A stretch of 64,000 bases of DNA from IMG/VR virus record IMGVR_UViG_3300036546_000248; one strand, written 5' to 3'. A model generated the notes under the pieces. That model was not told where the DNA came from. It searched no databases and worked only from the letters and a program-made list of their open reading frames with translations. This DNA is from a virus (lineage: Duplodnaviria > Caudoviricetes). A program made the position numbers and the translations under genes. Positions 51,103 through 59,965 of this stretch are shown piece after piece; positions within the stretch are counted from its first letter, which is position 1, and each line of letters starts with the position of its first letter.

Positions 51103-51558
51103 CTAGGATCTGCGGCAGACTTTGACTAGCATATTCTGACCTCGCCAACCGACCACACTGCGATACAGCATCGGGTGGTTTGCGATTTTGTAAACCTCCA
51201 TGAAGTTCACGAGTTCATAATACACTTCTAAAGCCAACGCAGTAAGTTGATGGTGGACGACGGCGTCGTTCACGTCTTCATAACAATTCGTTGGATTCAC
51301 GTGTTGTATTTTTTGCTCGAACTCAGCCAGAATGGTGGTGGATCTCGGGGGAGTACTGGGGAGGGGGAAGGGACTTGAGAAGTCCAAGTAGTATGCAGGG
51401 TGACTGCAGTAACTACGTTGGTCGGCTATCTCAACTTTATCCATGACCGTAACCGATGTTTCCATGAAGTCCTTGAGAGACATCTTATTTTGCTCAAGGT
51501 GTGGCTCCACGTGTTCGTACATCGCTATCAGGTGACTCAAGGGGATCGATAGGATCAT
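51103..51558 (-). CDS. Hypothetical protein
   Basis: 151 aa. Confidence 0.55.
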   Translation of the reverse strand: MILSIPLSHLIAMYEHVEPHLEQNKMSLKDFMETSVTVMDKVEIADQRSYCSHPAYYLDFSSPFPLPSTPPRSTTILAEFEQKIQHVNPTNCYEDVNDAVVHHQLTALALEVYYELVNFMEVYKIANHPMLYRSVVGWRGQNMLVKVCRRS

Positions 51559-51904
51559 AGTGACATTCCACGACTAGCACAGCTTGGGTTTGTTTACTGA
51601 CTCGAAGGTCACACTGACTCATGTGCTCTCCTAGGTAGTGGAACAGTACGTGCTCCAACGCATTCATGTAATCTAGGTACTGTTGGTGTAGGTGGGTCAC
51701 CGTTTCCGAGTACGCCACCCCTTCATCACCTAAGACCCGATCAAAGAATAAGTCGGCTAACACTTGACCGTCGCCCCTATTACCTAAGAGTTTCACAGCC
51801 AAACAACACAAGCTTTGCGACGACTCATTTAAGTACGTCAAGAGTTTAAGGGAGGGAGGTGGTAGTTCGGAGTTCGGGATTGCCAACACCACCACCGGAC
51901 TCAT
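51494..51904 (-). CDS. Hypothetical protein
   Basis: 136 aa; ATG overlaps the upstream stop. Confidence 0.5.
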   Translation of the reverse strand: MSPVVVLAIPNSELPPPSLKLLTYLNESSQSLCCLAVKLLGNRGDGQVLADLFFDRVLGDEGVAYSETVTHLHQQYLDYMNALEHVLFHYLGEHMSQCDLRVSKQTQAVLVVECHYDPIDPLESPDSDVRTRGATP

Positions 51905-52401
51905 CGCATTGCTTCCAGAGCACGGCGCACGCGTTCGGGTACGTAGTCACCGTTGTCTTCTGCTTCTTCCAACCACTCCTGTGCTTGTTCCTCAATATTG
52001 AAGGTGACAGGCGCAGCTCGCTCACGAAGGATTTCCACTAAGGTATCTCCCCGTCGAATCAGACGAAAGTTACAGACGTACTCGCTGATGTCGTACTCGA
52101 AGCTGAGGTTGAAGATTTGGTTCATCTGGTCACGCACCGCATCGAAGATCTCTTCGAGTTGGGTCGTCTCCAGTCCGTAATCAGCGATTTGTTTCTTGAT
52201 GACTTCACAACACGCCATCACATTACCGCTTATACGGTTCTCTACCAGTTGGTAGAGGATCGACTCCAGGTTCAGGTACTGAGCAGCGGCACCGAAGTGA
52301 TCGCATAGCGCAGTCTCCATAAACCCCAAGACCCGAGAGGTCTCAACCACCACCCGTCTAGGGTTTGATGGTGCTTCGGTATTTGTCCCAGAATAGTGCA
52401 C
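51901..52401 (-). CDS. Hypothetical protein
   Basis: 166 aa; start uncertain. Confidence 0.55.
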   Translation of the reverse strand: MHYSGTNTEAPSNPRRVVVETSRVLGFMETALCDHFGAAAQYLNLESILYQLVENRISGNVMACCEVIKKQIADYGLETTQLEEIFDAVRDQMNQIFNLSFEYDISEYVCNFRLIRRGDTLVEILRERAAPVTFNIEEQAQEWLEEAEDNGDYVPERVRRALEAMR

Positions 52402-52879
52402 GGTAATCTTCCCCGCGATTCAAAATGTAACTGTTACCCATCTGCTTGAGTGTGGCGTGATGCCAACTGGGTTCAATTGAGAAGGAGCTGGCAAGGTGGT
52501 CTTGGAGGAAACTGTCCAGAGGTTCGATCACCTCAAGCTCAATGATTTCACCCCATTTGAGCAAAGACGGGTTGGGATTTTTGGTTACGCCGACCACATT
52601 GGCAAAACCAGGAAAGATCCGTGCGATCAGACTCTCCATAACCTCGACTTCAAAGGATACTAACATATCCTTACGGTCCACCAGATTCAGCTCCTGCTCA
52701 TCTTCATACCACAACATTAGATCACGCAAACGCATGATAAAGAGGTGCCGCACCACGTGGGTACACACCGAGTTGCTAAAACGCAATTCTTCTTTCGGGA
52801 TCATCCCTTCTTCGATGATGTCGTGAAGTCTTGCCTTTAGGAACTCAACCCAATCACGGGTGGGGATAACGTATTTCAC
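52358..52879 (-). CDS. Hypothetical protein
   Basis: 173 aa; AAGGA RBS with GTG start; promoter-like TTTCAAACCTATAAC at 52923-52937. Confidence 0.6.
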   Translation of the reverse strand: MKYVIPTRDWVEFLKARLHDIIEEGMIPKEELRFSNSVCTHVVRHLFIMRLRDLMLWYEDEQELNLVDRKDMLVSFEVEVMESLIARIFPGFANVVGVTKNPNPSLLKWGEIIELEVIEPLDSFLQDHLASSFSIEPSWHHATLKQMGNSYILNRGEDYRALFWDKYRSTIKP

Positions 52880-53084
52880 AGGTTAATCCTTTCTTTAAAG
52901 GGGTCGGCCACTTCACTAAGATGTTATAGGTTTGAAACTTCTTAGGATGCGTTACAAGGGGTTCTCTATAAAATACGTGGTCAGGTATTGTTTAACAGAC
53001 GAAAACGTTATCTGGCGCTTCCTAGAGGGCTTATAAAGGATTTAAGGAAAAGGCGGCATAAAGGGAGGGGCGAACCCCTCCCTC

Positions 53085-53490
53085 TACACCCCACCTTCTG
53101 GGTGGAAAGGAGTAAACTGACCGGCCTGGTAACGTACGAAGACTTCCCCTTAAGCAGCCCTGTACCTACCAGCGATGTTCTCTGTACGACACAACACCGT
53201 TCCCGAGTCGTTGTTGCATCAGAACATACACCAGCCTCGTTCACCCACTGAAAAACCGCTACCCCGCCCTACGGATTGTAATAACTTTGCTCGCTCCACC
53301 GTGCGCAAACAAACAAATGAACGGTGGCAAAGTCCGGGTCACTTCTGTATTCATCCACACAGCTTTCACCGAGACCCATAACTCGGTTATCCGTACACAC
53401 GGAGCAGCGCCATAGACGTTGCCAGCGGAGAACACTCGGTGTTAATCCATTGTCCGTGAAAGCCAACGGATTTTTTTTTTCAGTACCGAT
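53085..53490. ncRNA. Candidate large structured ncRNA (about 400 nt)
   Basis: No credible ORF; nested long-range stems; flanked by terminator hairpins 53062-53083 and 53531-53548. Confidence 0.5.
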
Positions 53491-53565
53491 TAGATCGCAT
53501 ACTATAGGGCAAAGCCCCGAGAAAAAAAAAAGGAGGCCGAAGCCTCCTGAGGTTTTTGTGCCACC

Positions 53566-53988
53566 TCAGGGAATCTGAGGCAGTCCAACGAGCTGAGAAA
53601 CAAGGTTGCGGCGGTACTTATACCATCCATCTGGGTGGGTGTGTAATCCGGCTTCTTGGCTAGCACGACGGATGCTGTCATCGTCCTCAAAAAGCAGGGG
53701 TACCGGAAAATAGCGATAGCAACCAGGTTGACCTGAACGTACCAGTGTGTGTTTGGAACGTCCCTCCCAATTACCAGTTTCAATACCTCGCTTGATCAGT
53801 TCGATCATGGAGGTGCCTTCATTAGACAGGCTCTGAATGTTGGTGTAGTGGGTGTGAGTCCGCGCAGGGTCATCCAGTTGCGGGGTGATGTTACGGATGA
53901 AGACAGTCCCTTCTTCATCATGTTCAATCGTATTGCCGTTATTAAGCCGCACGTAAGACTTATCGGCATTAATGGTAATATCTACCAT
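53566..53988 (-). CDS. Hypothetical protein
   Basis: About 140 aa from MVDITI; GGAG RBS. Confidence 0.55.
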   Translation of the reverse strand: MVDITINADKSYVRLNNGNTIEHDEEGTVFIRNITPQLDDPARTHTHYTNIQSLSNEGTSMIELIKRGIETGNWEGRSKHTLVRSGQPGCYRYFPVPLLFEDDDSIRRASQEAGLHTHPDGWYKYRRNLVSQLVGLPQIP

Positions 53989-54340
53989 GAGTTTTACTCC
54001 ACGTGTATTTCCGTACGAGTTGATAGGACTGGTATTCGAATGCAAACGACACGCACCCGAAGGCCAAAGGTCCCCACCACCCTAGGAAAATGAAAGGGAT
54101 GATACCGACCACAACAGTCATAAACGTCAAGCTGGCTTGGTCAGTTGCTGACTTCAACCAAATCTCAACGGCCTTCCCCCCCAACACTGCTAGGCAGAGT
54201 GCTCTAGCGCCCGCATAGAAAGTCCACACCATTGCGATACGATGAGTTAACGCAAGGCCTGCCCATTTATATATCCCCAGCATCCCTACTGCTATGATGA
54301 GGTAGATCACAAAAGGTATTACACCCTTGCTAGTTTTCAT
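53969..54340 (-). CDS. Membrane protein
   Basis: 123 aa with 3-4 hydrophobic segments. Confidence 0.6.
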   Translation of the reverse strand: MKTSKGVIPFVIYLIIAVGMLGIYKWAGLALTHRIAMVWTFYAGARALCLAVLGGKAVEIWLKSATDQASLTFMTVVVGIIPFIFLGWWGPLAFGCVSFAFEYQSYQLVRKYTWSKTHGRYYH

Positions 54341-54396
54341 GTTGGCTACTTCTTATTTCCGTTTTAGTTTTAGTCTCACCGTTAGGAGCACGTCCC

Positions 54397-55008
54397 ATGA
54401 CGGCTAAACTTACTTCCCTCTTCGACACAAATCTCAGTTTGGTTTATAGTGCCGAAGGGATCGAGTTGGTTGATGCGGCTAAACGCCGTGACGCACCCTC
54501 GATTTACATTCTGTTGACGGACACCAAGACCCAGTTTAGCAAAGTCAGTAAACTGATTACGGGTGATCCCTACAACCATGTGTCCTTGATGTTAACCGAC
54601 AGTTTCGACGATCCTATCTACACCTACGCCTTGAACAACGGCATCAGTTCACTTAAGGGCGGTTTCATGGTGGAAGATCGTTCTAACTTGTACGGTTCAT
54701 TTTATTCGCTTTACGAGTTAAAAGTAACAGGCGCAGCGTACCGTCAGATCAAGGAACGGGTAGAGTACCTTGCGGCAAATCCCAATCAGACTCGGTATAA
54801 CCATCTGGGTTTGTTCAACGCCATCTTCCGCAAGAATATCTTTTCCTCTGAGGACGGGCAGATCTCCATCTGTTCTGAATTCGTGGTTGAGGTCTTACGC
54901 TTTGGCGGCATAGAACTCTTAAAGGGTAGACTCGGTAGCACCATCCGGCCTTACGACCTGGTGCGCTCCAAGCTACTGAAATTTGTACGCCGAGGCAAAA
55001 TCAACTAG
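54397..55008 (+). CDS. Permuted papain-like (NlpC/P60, YiiX-type) protein
   Basis: YNHVSL...ICSEFV with His before Cys; AGGAG RBS. Confidence 0.75.
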   Translation: MTAKLTSLFDTNLSLVYSAEGIELVDAAKRRDAPSIYILLTDTKTQFSKVSKLITGDPYNHVSLMLTDSFDDPIYTYALNNGISSLKGGFMVEDRSNLYGSFYSLYELKVTGAAYRQIKERVEYLAANPNQTRYNHLGLFNAIFRKNIFSSEDGQISICSEFVVEVLRFGGIELLKGRLGSTIRPYDLVRSKLLKFVRRGKIN

Positions 55009-55266
55009 ACGGCATAATTAGGAAACGCCCCCGTCTCGACTCGAGTCAGGTCTGAGTGTCTTTTGCTTCGCTGCTGCCTCAAAGGGCTGCTGCTAGCTTG
55101 GACTACTGCCTGGGCTGCGGCCGAGGGGGGGTGTTCTTTACTGCTTTTGAAGCTATCAAGCAAACCCTAGGGGGGTGGACAGCTGATAGAGGCCGTTCGT
55201 CCTAGGTGTGTTACTATTAACGACTGCTGGGTTGGTAAACCCTTTACTGCCGAACTTAATCGGTTC
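55008..55266 (-). ncRNA. Candidate ncRNA with repeated GCAG motifs
   Basis: Starts at the G of TATATATG; nine GCAG motifs; small hairpins; ends at TTATGCCG. Confidence 0.5.
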
Positions 55267-55344
55267 ATATATATAGCGCATCAATAGACGCTTCTATCTT
55301 AAACCATGGCCCTGAACCCTGTGAACTGGCGGGGGGTTTTATGC

Positions 55345-55845
55345 CGCGCGTTAAAAGGCCGCGGACTCACCTCAGATATATGTTCAAAGATAGACGCTCC
55401 GTTGACCGCCAGCACTGACCGAACCACCCAAATGACTTGGCGCCATTGGTAGCATAAGGTCAGCATGATGAGTAGCAGAAAGAAAAAGATTCCTTGTATG
55501 CTCGCATGGACGGTTGATGGGAAATAGGAGACGTCTGCGCCTTACAGGCACCTTAAGCCTGGGGTGCGAATCTCCCACCAATGTGCGTCGCCTAGGCCAA
55601 CTCTCATCCACTACAAACCCGTAAGCTGTTTTAACACGGGGAATATCGATTCCTTCTCGTGTTACTGCCTCGTGTTGAAAGGACCGTAAAGTGTAAGCCT
55701 TCTGCGACCAGCCGTTGGAGGTGGTATAGTAGCCGACATCCACACCCTGAACTTCAACCCCCGCTGGGATTCCCTGATTCAGCAAGTGCGCCAACGCCAA
55801 TGCACCCATACCACCGATGATCAAGACTCTTATACAAAGCCCCTT
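55345..55845 (-). other. Structured region: ncRNA or a doubtful 146-aa ORF
   Basis: Long-range stems that need G-U pairs on the minus strand; ORF 55384-55824 has a poor RBS and an atypical second half. Confidence 0.35.
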
Positions 55846-55914
55846 ATTAAAAATGGTGGGTTGGTAGAGCGACCAGGAAAAGGTATCGCTCTAGGCTCCA
55901 ACCCCACCAAAACC

Positions 55915-56076
55915 TTAACAGACCATCTCGGGAACCGGGATGCCCAACTCTTCGCACCGTTTCTCCAAATCAGCTTGGGCTTGTTGAAACTGCTCAATCC
56001 GCTTCAAAGTCTCTTCTCGAGCCTTCGGATTCGGTGTGGGTAGCTTCAAGTCGCTTAACTTGATTGGACGGAGCAT
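55915..56076 (-). CDS. Small hypothetical protein (53 aa, not in the ORF track)
   Basis: GAGGA RBS; MLRPIKLSDLKLPTPNPKAREETLKRIEQF...; followed by a long hairpin and T-tract. Confidence 0.6.
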   Translation of the reverse strand: MLRPIKLSDLKLPTPNPKAREETLKRIEQFQQAQADLEKRCEELGIPVPEMVC

Positions 56077-56273
56077 GTGGTGTCCTCATATGGATAACGT
56101 TCGAGCATCGCGATTCGCTTGCGAGTCAAACCCATACACAGTACAAACTGGAACAATCCCAGCCCCACTGCCGCATGCCAGGAAAACAAACTTCCAATGG
56201 CTGCACCTATCACTGCACAGAATACGACGAACAAGGTGCGTAAAACCAAATACTCTTTTTGCTCTTGCGTCAC
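56055..56273 (-). CDS. Small membrane protein
   Basis: 72 aa with two TM segments. Confidence 0.55.
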   Translation of the reverse strand: MTQEQKEYLVLRTLFVVFCAVIGAAIGSLFSWHAAVGLGLFQFVLCMGLTRKRIAMLERYPYEDTTCSVQSS

Positions 56274-56316
56274 GATGATGAAGTCCTATTTCAATGGTGG
56301 TGTTTAAGACAATGTA

Positions 56317-56796
56317 TTACCAACCAGCGCTGGGCGGTGGATTGTTATTAATCGTAACCTTCTTCGTACGGACCCAACTACGAATGTCTATCCGTGTGGG
56401 TGCTTTGGTCATACGAATGGTCTCCTTTGTTTTGTATTCACTCTGGAAGTTATTGACCGCATTCCCAACTAACTCCCAGTGGTCTGTCGACTTGGGTTTA
56501 AACTCGTGGAGGAATACTGGACACTCCAAAAGTTCCTTAAGTCCCACCTGTCGATGTTTGGACGATAGTTCAATCACGAGTATGTCACCCTCGATCTTAA
56601 AACGATCTAACTCAAAAGACTTCTCGATAGACGACGCCCATCCGAGTCCTATGGCCGATTCTTTATCCGTGGTAGCGTAAAGGTACCGGTTGGATTCAGT
56701 CTCATCCCATTTAATTTCTTTTCCCGTGTGTTCATAACCTGGCTTTAATACAAGGTCATTAAAGCCAGTGCCGTGATATAATTTACTGGGAAGCAT
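56317..56796 (-). CDS. Putative ADP-ribosyltransferase (Arr-like fold)
   Basis: LYHGT...LKPG...YLYATT...AI..G...HEFKP...SEYKTKETIR parallels the motif order of rifampin ADP-ribosyltransferase. Confidence 0.55.
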   Translation of the reverse strand: MLPSKLYHGTGFNDLVLKPGYEHTGKEIKWDETESNRYLYATTDKESAIGLGWASSIEKSFELDRFKIEGDILVIELSSKHRQVGLKELLECPVFLHEFKPKSTDHWELVGNAVNNFQSEYKTKETIRMTKAPTRIDIRSWVRTKKVTINNNPPPSAGW

Positions 56797-56809
56797 CTGA
56801 CATCCTTAC

Positions 56810-57010
56810 TTATCCCAAACCGATGCCCGAAGGACGATTAACCACCAGATGTTTCTCGGGGTCGTACTTTTCTTGCGGGAACTGGTTGTGCCAGGGTTGG
56901 CTCATGCAGCAGGTACAGAGCCACTTACCTGACGGCCACGGTTGTGATACCGGTGACAGCTCATCAAGGTCAACCGTTCCACAATTGTCGCAAACAAACA
57001 AGTGGCTCAT
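56810..57010 (-). CDS. Small zinc-ribbon protein
   Basis: CDNC and CTCC; directly after phuZ. Confidence 0.65.
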   Translation of the reverse strand: MSHLFVCDNCGTVDLDELSPVSQPWPSGKWLCTCCMSQPWHNQFPQEKYDPEKHLVVNRPSGIGLG

Positions 57011-57020
57011 ATAGTACCTC

Positions 57021-58001
57021 TTACAGAACCAAACCGTCGTCTTGTGCTTCGTCCAGATCCACGATCTTGCGGGTCTGTACGCGGCTATCGCGACGAGCGT
57101 TGTAGTCGTTACGGGTTTCCTCGAGCTTCTCGTAAGTCGCGCCGAGGTGTTGGGTCGAGATCACGAAATGGATCTCTTCGATGTCCTGCACCTTGTGCTG
57201 GAAGTAACCAGTTGCCGAGTAGTCCGGCACCGGATCGGTAAGATGCGGTTGGTCACGATCAGCGTAGAGGCTGGCCACCGAGATCGGATCGGTGATGCTC
57301 TTGGCCGACTTCTGGTCGATGAAGATGTCCAGCAGCGAGAGCTGCGGCGCCACTTCGGTCGAGTGGTTGTAACGCAGCCAGTGACTGACGTCTTTGGTAT
57401 CCAGCTCGGCATTCTGACGCGAAGCCAGGTACGACAGGCAGGAGGTAGCGAACGCCAGCTTTTTGTCCACCGCGCTGCGGGTGTTGTCGCCACCGTTGTG
57501 CAGGTAGTAGGTCACGACAGGGGCCGATTCCTTCTTACTGATAGCCGCCAACGATTTCAGGGTGTTGACGGTGTTGTTGGCAGTGATGTTCGATTCCGAA
57601 GAACCGGCAGTCAGTACCACGACCGGCAACCCGCGCGCCAGCAGTTCGGAGACGATCAGCGGACCCAGAACAGAACCCGAGCCACCGGAGGCCGAGAACA
57701 CGACGATGTTGAACTCACCAGGCTGCTGCGATTGCAGGATGTGCTTGATGGAGCTGGAGATCTGAGCGTGGTTCTCACGACGCACCTTACCGGAACCGTC
57801 GGTGTTGTCGAGGATGTAGATCTTTTCCTCGGGGATTTCCGGAGTCAGGTTGGAGCGACTGGTGTCGATGAACGCCGGATCGATCGCAGCGAACCCATCA
57901 CCTCCCTGACTCTTCAGGTAGTTTGCAGCGAAATTGACCCCGAGGCCCCCACACCCAAAAATTCGAACGGTACCGACACCAGAAACGTTTTTATCGCTCA
58001 T
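57021..58001 (-). CDS. phuZ: PhuZ phage tubulin
   Basis: GCGGLG, IDTS, GSGKVR, SGGSGS tubulin signature; C-tail IVDLDEAQDDGLVL. Confidence 0.93.
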   Translation of the reverse strand: MSDKNVSGVGTVRIFGCGGLGVNFAANYLKSQGGDGFAAIDPAFIDTSRSNLTPEIPEEKIYILDNTDGSGKVRRENHAQISSSIKHILQSQQPGEFNIVVFSASGGSGSVLGPLIVSELLARGLPVVVLTAGSSESNITANNTVNTLKSLAAISKKESAPVVTYYLHNGGDNTRSAVDKKLAFATSCLSYLASRQNAELDTKDVSHWLRYNHSTEVAPQLSLLDIFIDQKSAKSITDPISVASLYADRDQPHLTDPVPDYSATGYFQHKVQDIEEIHFVISTQHLGATYEKLEETRNDYNARRDSRVQTRKIVDLDEAQDDGLVL

Positions 58002-58128
58002 ATGAATTCACCTTGTATTCAGGTTAAGTTTAGTACATAGGGATTACCGTTTATAGGTTGGGTAGATCCCTACATGGGTTTATGCTGGCATCTCTTCAAA
58101 GAAATACCAAACACATATCTTTTTTTAC

Positions 58129-58728
58129 TTACAACAAATCCACGAGGTCGCGTTGTTCTTGAAGCTCCTGTTTAAACGCCTGTGTGTACAGGTTTGGATA
58201 GCGGGCATAACCTTGACTACCAAACTTCTCTTTAATGTGTGTCAATGCTCCTTTACGGGCGGCTTCGTGATTATCCCCTCGATGGAGTCGATACTCAATG
58301 GCGCGTTGGAGCATGCCTTTAAGATTCTTATCCGGGAACCCCCGATCTGCTGAGGACATCAATTCAGCAAACTGGTTGGTAAACGGCTGCTGGTTAGACG
58401 CCCGGTGTTCACGACAACCTGAGGCCACCAAAGAACGCTCTTCAGGGTCCAATTGAGCGATCAGTGGGTAATCAGTAGTCATGATCCACTCACCGGACAT
58501 CAGGTGGTGGTTGTAACGACTCCACGAAAACAAGTCGTGGAAATAAGCAACCAACAGAATAAGTTTGGGGTTAAAACCCAAACGTAATTTATTGTTGATG
58601 TGGAGTCCTGTCAACTCTACGTTGCGGAAATGGTCTACTCGATGGGCGGCATCATTCAACGACCACGCATGAGAGAAGTCACTGATGATGGTGAGCCGCA
58701 TGTCATCGAGTTCATCTTTGTTCGACAT
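58129..58728 (-). CDS. HD-domain phosphohydrolase
   Basis: HRVDH, AYFHDL, HH and SADRG motifs. Confidence 0.75.
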   Translation of the reverse strand: MSNKDELDDMRLTIISDFSHAWSLNDAAHRVDHFRNVELTGLHINNKLRLGFNPKLILLVAYFHDLFSWSRYNHHLMSGEWIMTTDYPLIAQLDPEERSLVASGCREHRASNQQPFTNQFAELMSSADRGFPDKNLKGMLQRAIEYRLHRGDNHEAARKGALTHIKEKFGSQGYARYPNLYTQAFKQELQEQRDLVDLL

Positions 58729-58759
58729 CTTCATTCTCCTAAGAATTGCTGGGTTGGGT

Positions 58760-58972
58760 TTATTTATCGCTGAGGGCAAAAGCCTTGTTAGCGAACTCGA
58801 GGGCTTTTTTCATACAGGCATCTTTAACCGGACCTTCACGATGACTGTCAGCTTCAATAACCATCAGGTCGGCCTGTTGAAAGAACTGCTCCGCCTTACG
58901 ACGGTTCTCCCAACGTTTGACTGCATGTGCTGCACGCTTTCCCCAATGTACAGGGTTAATCCATTTGAACAT
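58760..58972 (-). CDS. Hypothetical protein
   Basis: About 70 aa from MFKWIN; GGAG RBS. Confidence 0.5.
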   Translation of the reverse strand: MFKWINPVHWGKRAAHAVKRWENRRKAEQFFQQADLMVIEADSHREGPVKDACMKKALEFANKAFALSDK

Positions 58973-59101
58973 GATAGTGCTCCAATCGACTGAAGGCTGG
59001 ACATTACTTCCCACAGATAGTATACACCTGAATTATTTTCCAATAAGAGATTGACTTACCCGCAATTTTATAGAAGGGGAAACTAACGTAGGACCTTAAC
59101 T

Positions 59102-59920
59102 ATGAACGCCATTCAAAAAGCTCTAAAGGACATTCGAACCAGTATCCCCAAAGAGATCCTGGAACGTACGTTCTTAACCCAAAACATGTCTGCCTTCGGT
59201 GGACGTCATAACTTCCAACCTTTGTCGTTGGATCAACGCATTCGTGAGGCTGTGATCGATGGAATTGTTTTGCCGGATTGTCATCTTGTGGGTGGCACTG
59301 AAGTCACTGTCCCGCTTGGCTCAGTACGTCCCGAGTACGTCAACTCGTACAACCTCGTTTATCGGGTGCCGAAGCACCTCACCCAACAGCGCAGTATCGT
59401 CCGTGTTCTCCATATAACCTTCGGTGATGGCGGTATCGCAGGGTCGATGAACCTAGGCCTTCAAGGCCGCTCTGCGGTATTGGACAAAGCCCAAGGGGTT
59501 TTGCAGTCACGCCTGCCGATTCCGATTGTCTCTACCGCCAACATTGAGTTGATCGGTGAAAACACTGTACTGGTGCGAGAGAACATTGCCATGCCAGGCA
59601 ATCCGTACCTGCGGTGTGTGGTCGAGAACGATGCTGAACTCAATGGCTTCTTACCTGCAGCCATTTTGGTGTTTGGTAAGATGTGTGTGTTGGCCTGTAA
59701 GGGCTACATCTACAACAACATCAACATCAGTATGGACCAAGCCCAGCTCTCGGGTGGTATGGCCTTAGGTCGGTTTCGTGAAGTGGTGGACGGGTATTCC
59801 GACGCCATGGAACAATACCAAACCATGTTCGATGAACGCTGGCGAAAGGTGGCGCTCCTCAGTGACCCGAGTCAACATTCAAGACACCTTAAAATGATTA
59901 CTGGTGGTCGTTGGGGCTAA
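59102..59920 (+). CDS. Conserved chimallivirus protein
   Basis: 272 aa; AGGA RBS; followed by hairpin 59929-59951. Confidence 0.65.
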   Translation: MNAIQKALKDIRTSIPKEILERTFLTQNMSAFGGRHNFQPLSLDQRIREAVIDGIVLPDCHLVGGTEVTVPLGSVRPEYVNSYNLVYRVPKHLTQQRSIVRVLHITFGDGGIAGSMNLGLQGRSAVLDKAQGVLQSRLPIPIVSTANIELIGENTVLVRENIAMPGNPYLRCVVENDAELNGFLPAAILVFGKMCVLACKGYIYNNINISMDQAQLSGGMALGRFREVVDGYSDAMEQYQTMFDERWRKVALLSDPSQHSRHLKMITGGRWG

Positions 59921-59965
59921 CACAACCAGAGGAGGGGACGGTCCCCTCCTCGTAAGGATTTCTTT

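Noticed and set aside
53329-53390. RNase P RNA (AAAGUCCGGG with CUCGGUUAU as P4)
   Set aside because: Only about 45 nt between the strands, CUCGGU has a better local partner, and other conserved regions are missing
55363-55704. Permuted RNase P-like motifs GAGGUGAGUCC and CAGAAGGCUUA
   Set aside because: Only a 5-bp P4, reversed order and no supporting helices
55555-55845. tRNA/tmRNA ends (…CTCCCACCA; GGGGCT…)
   Set aside because: No T-arm plus acceptor geometry and no tag reading frame ending in Ala-Ala
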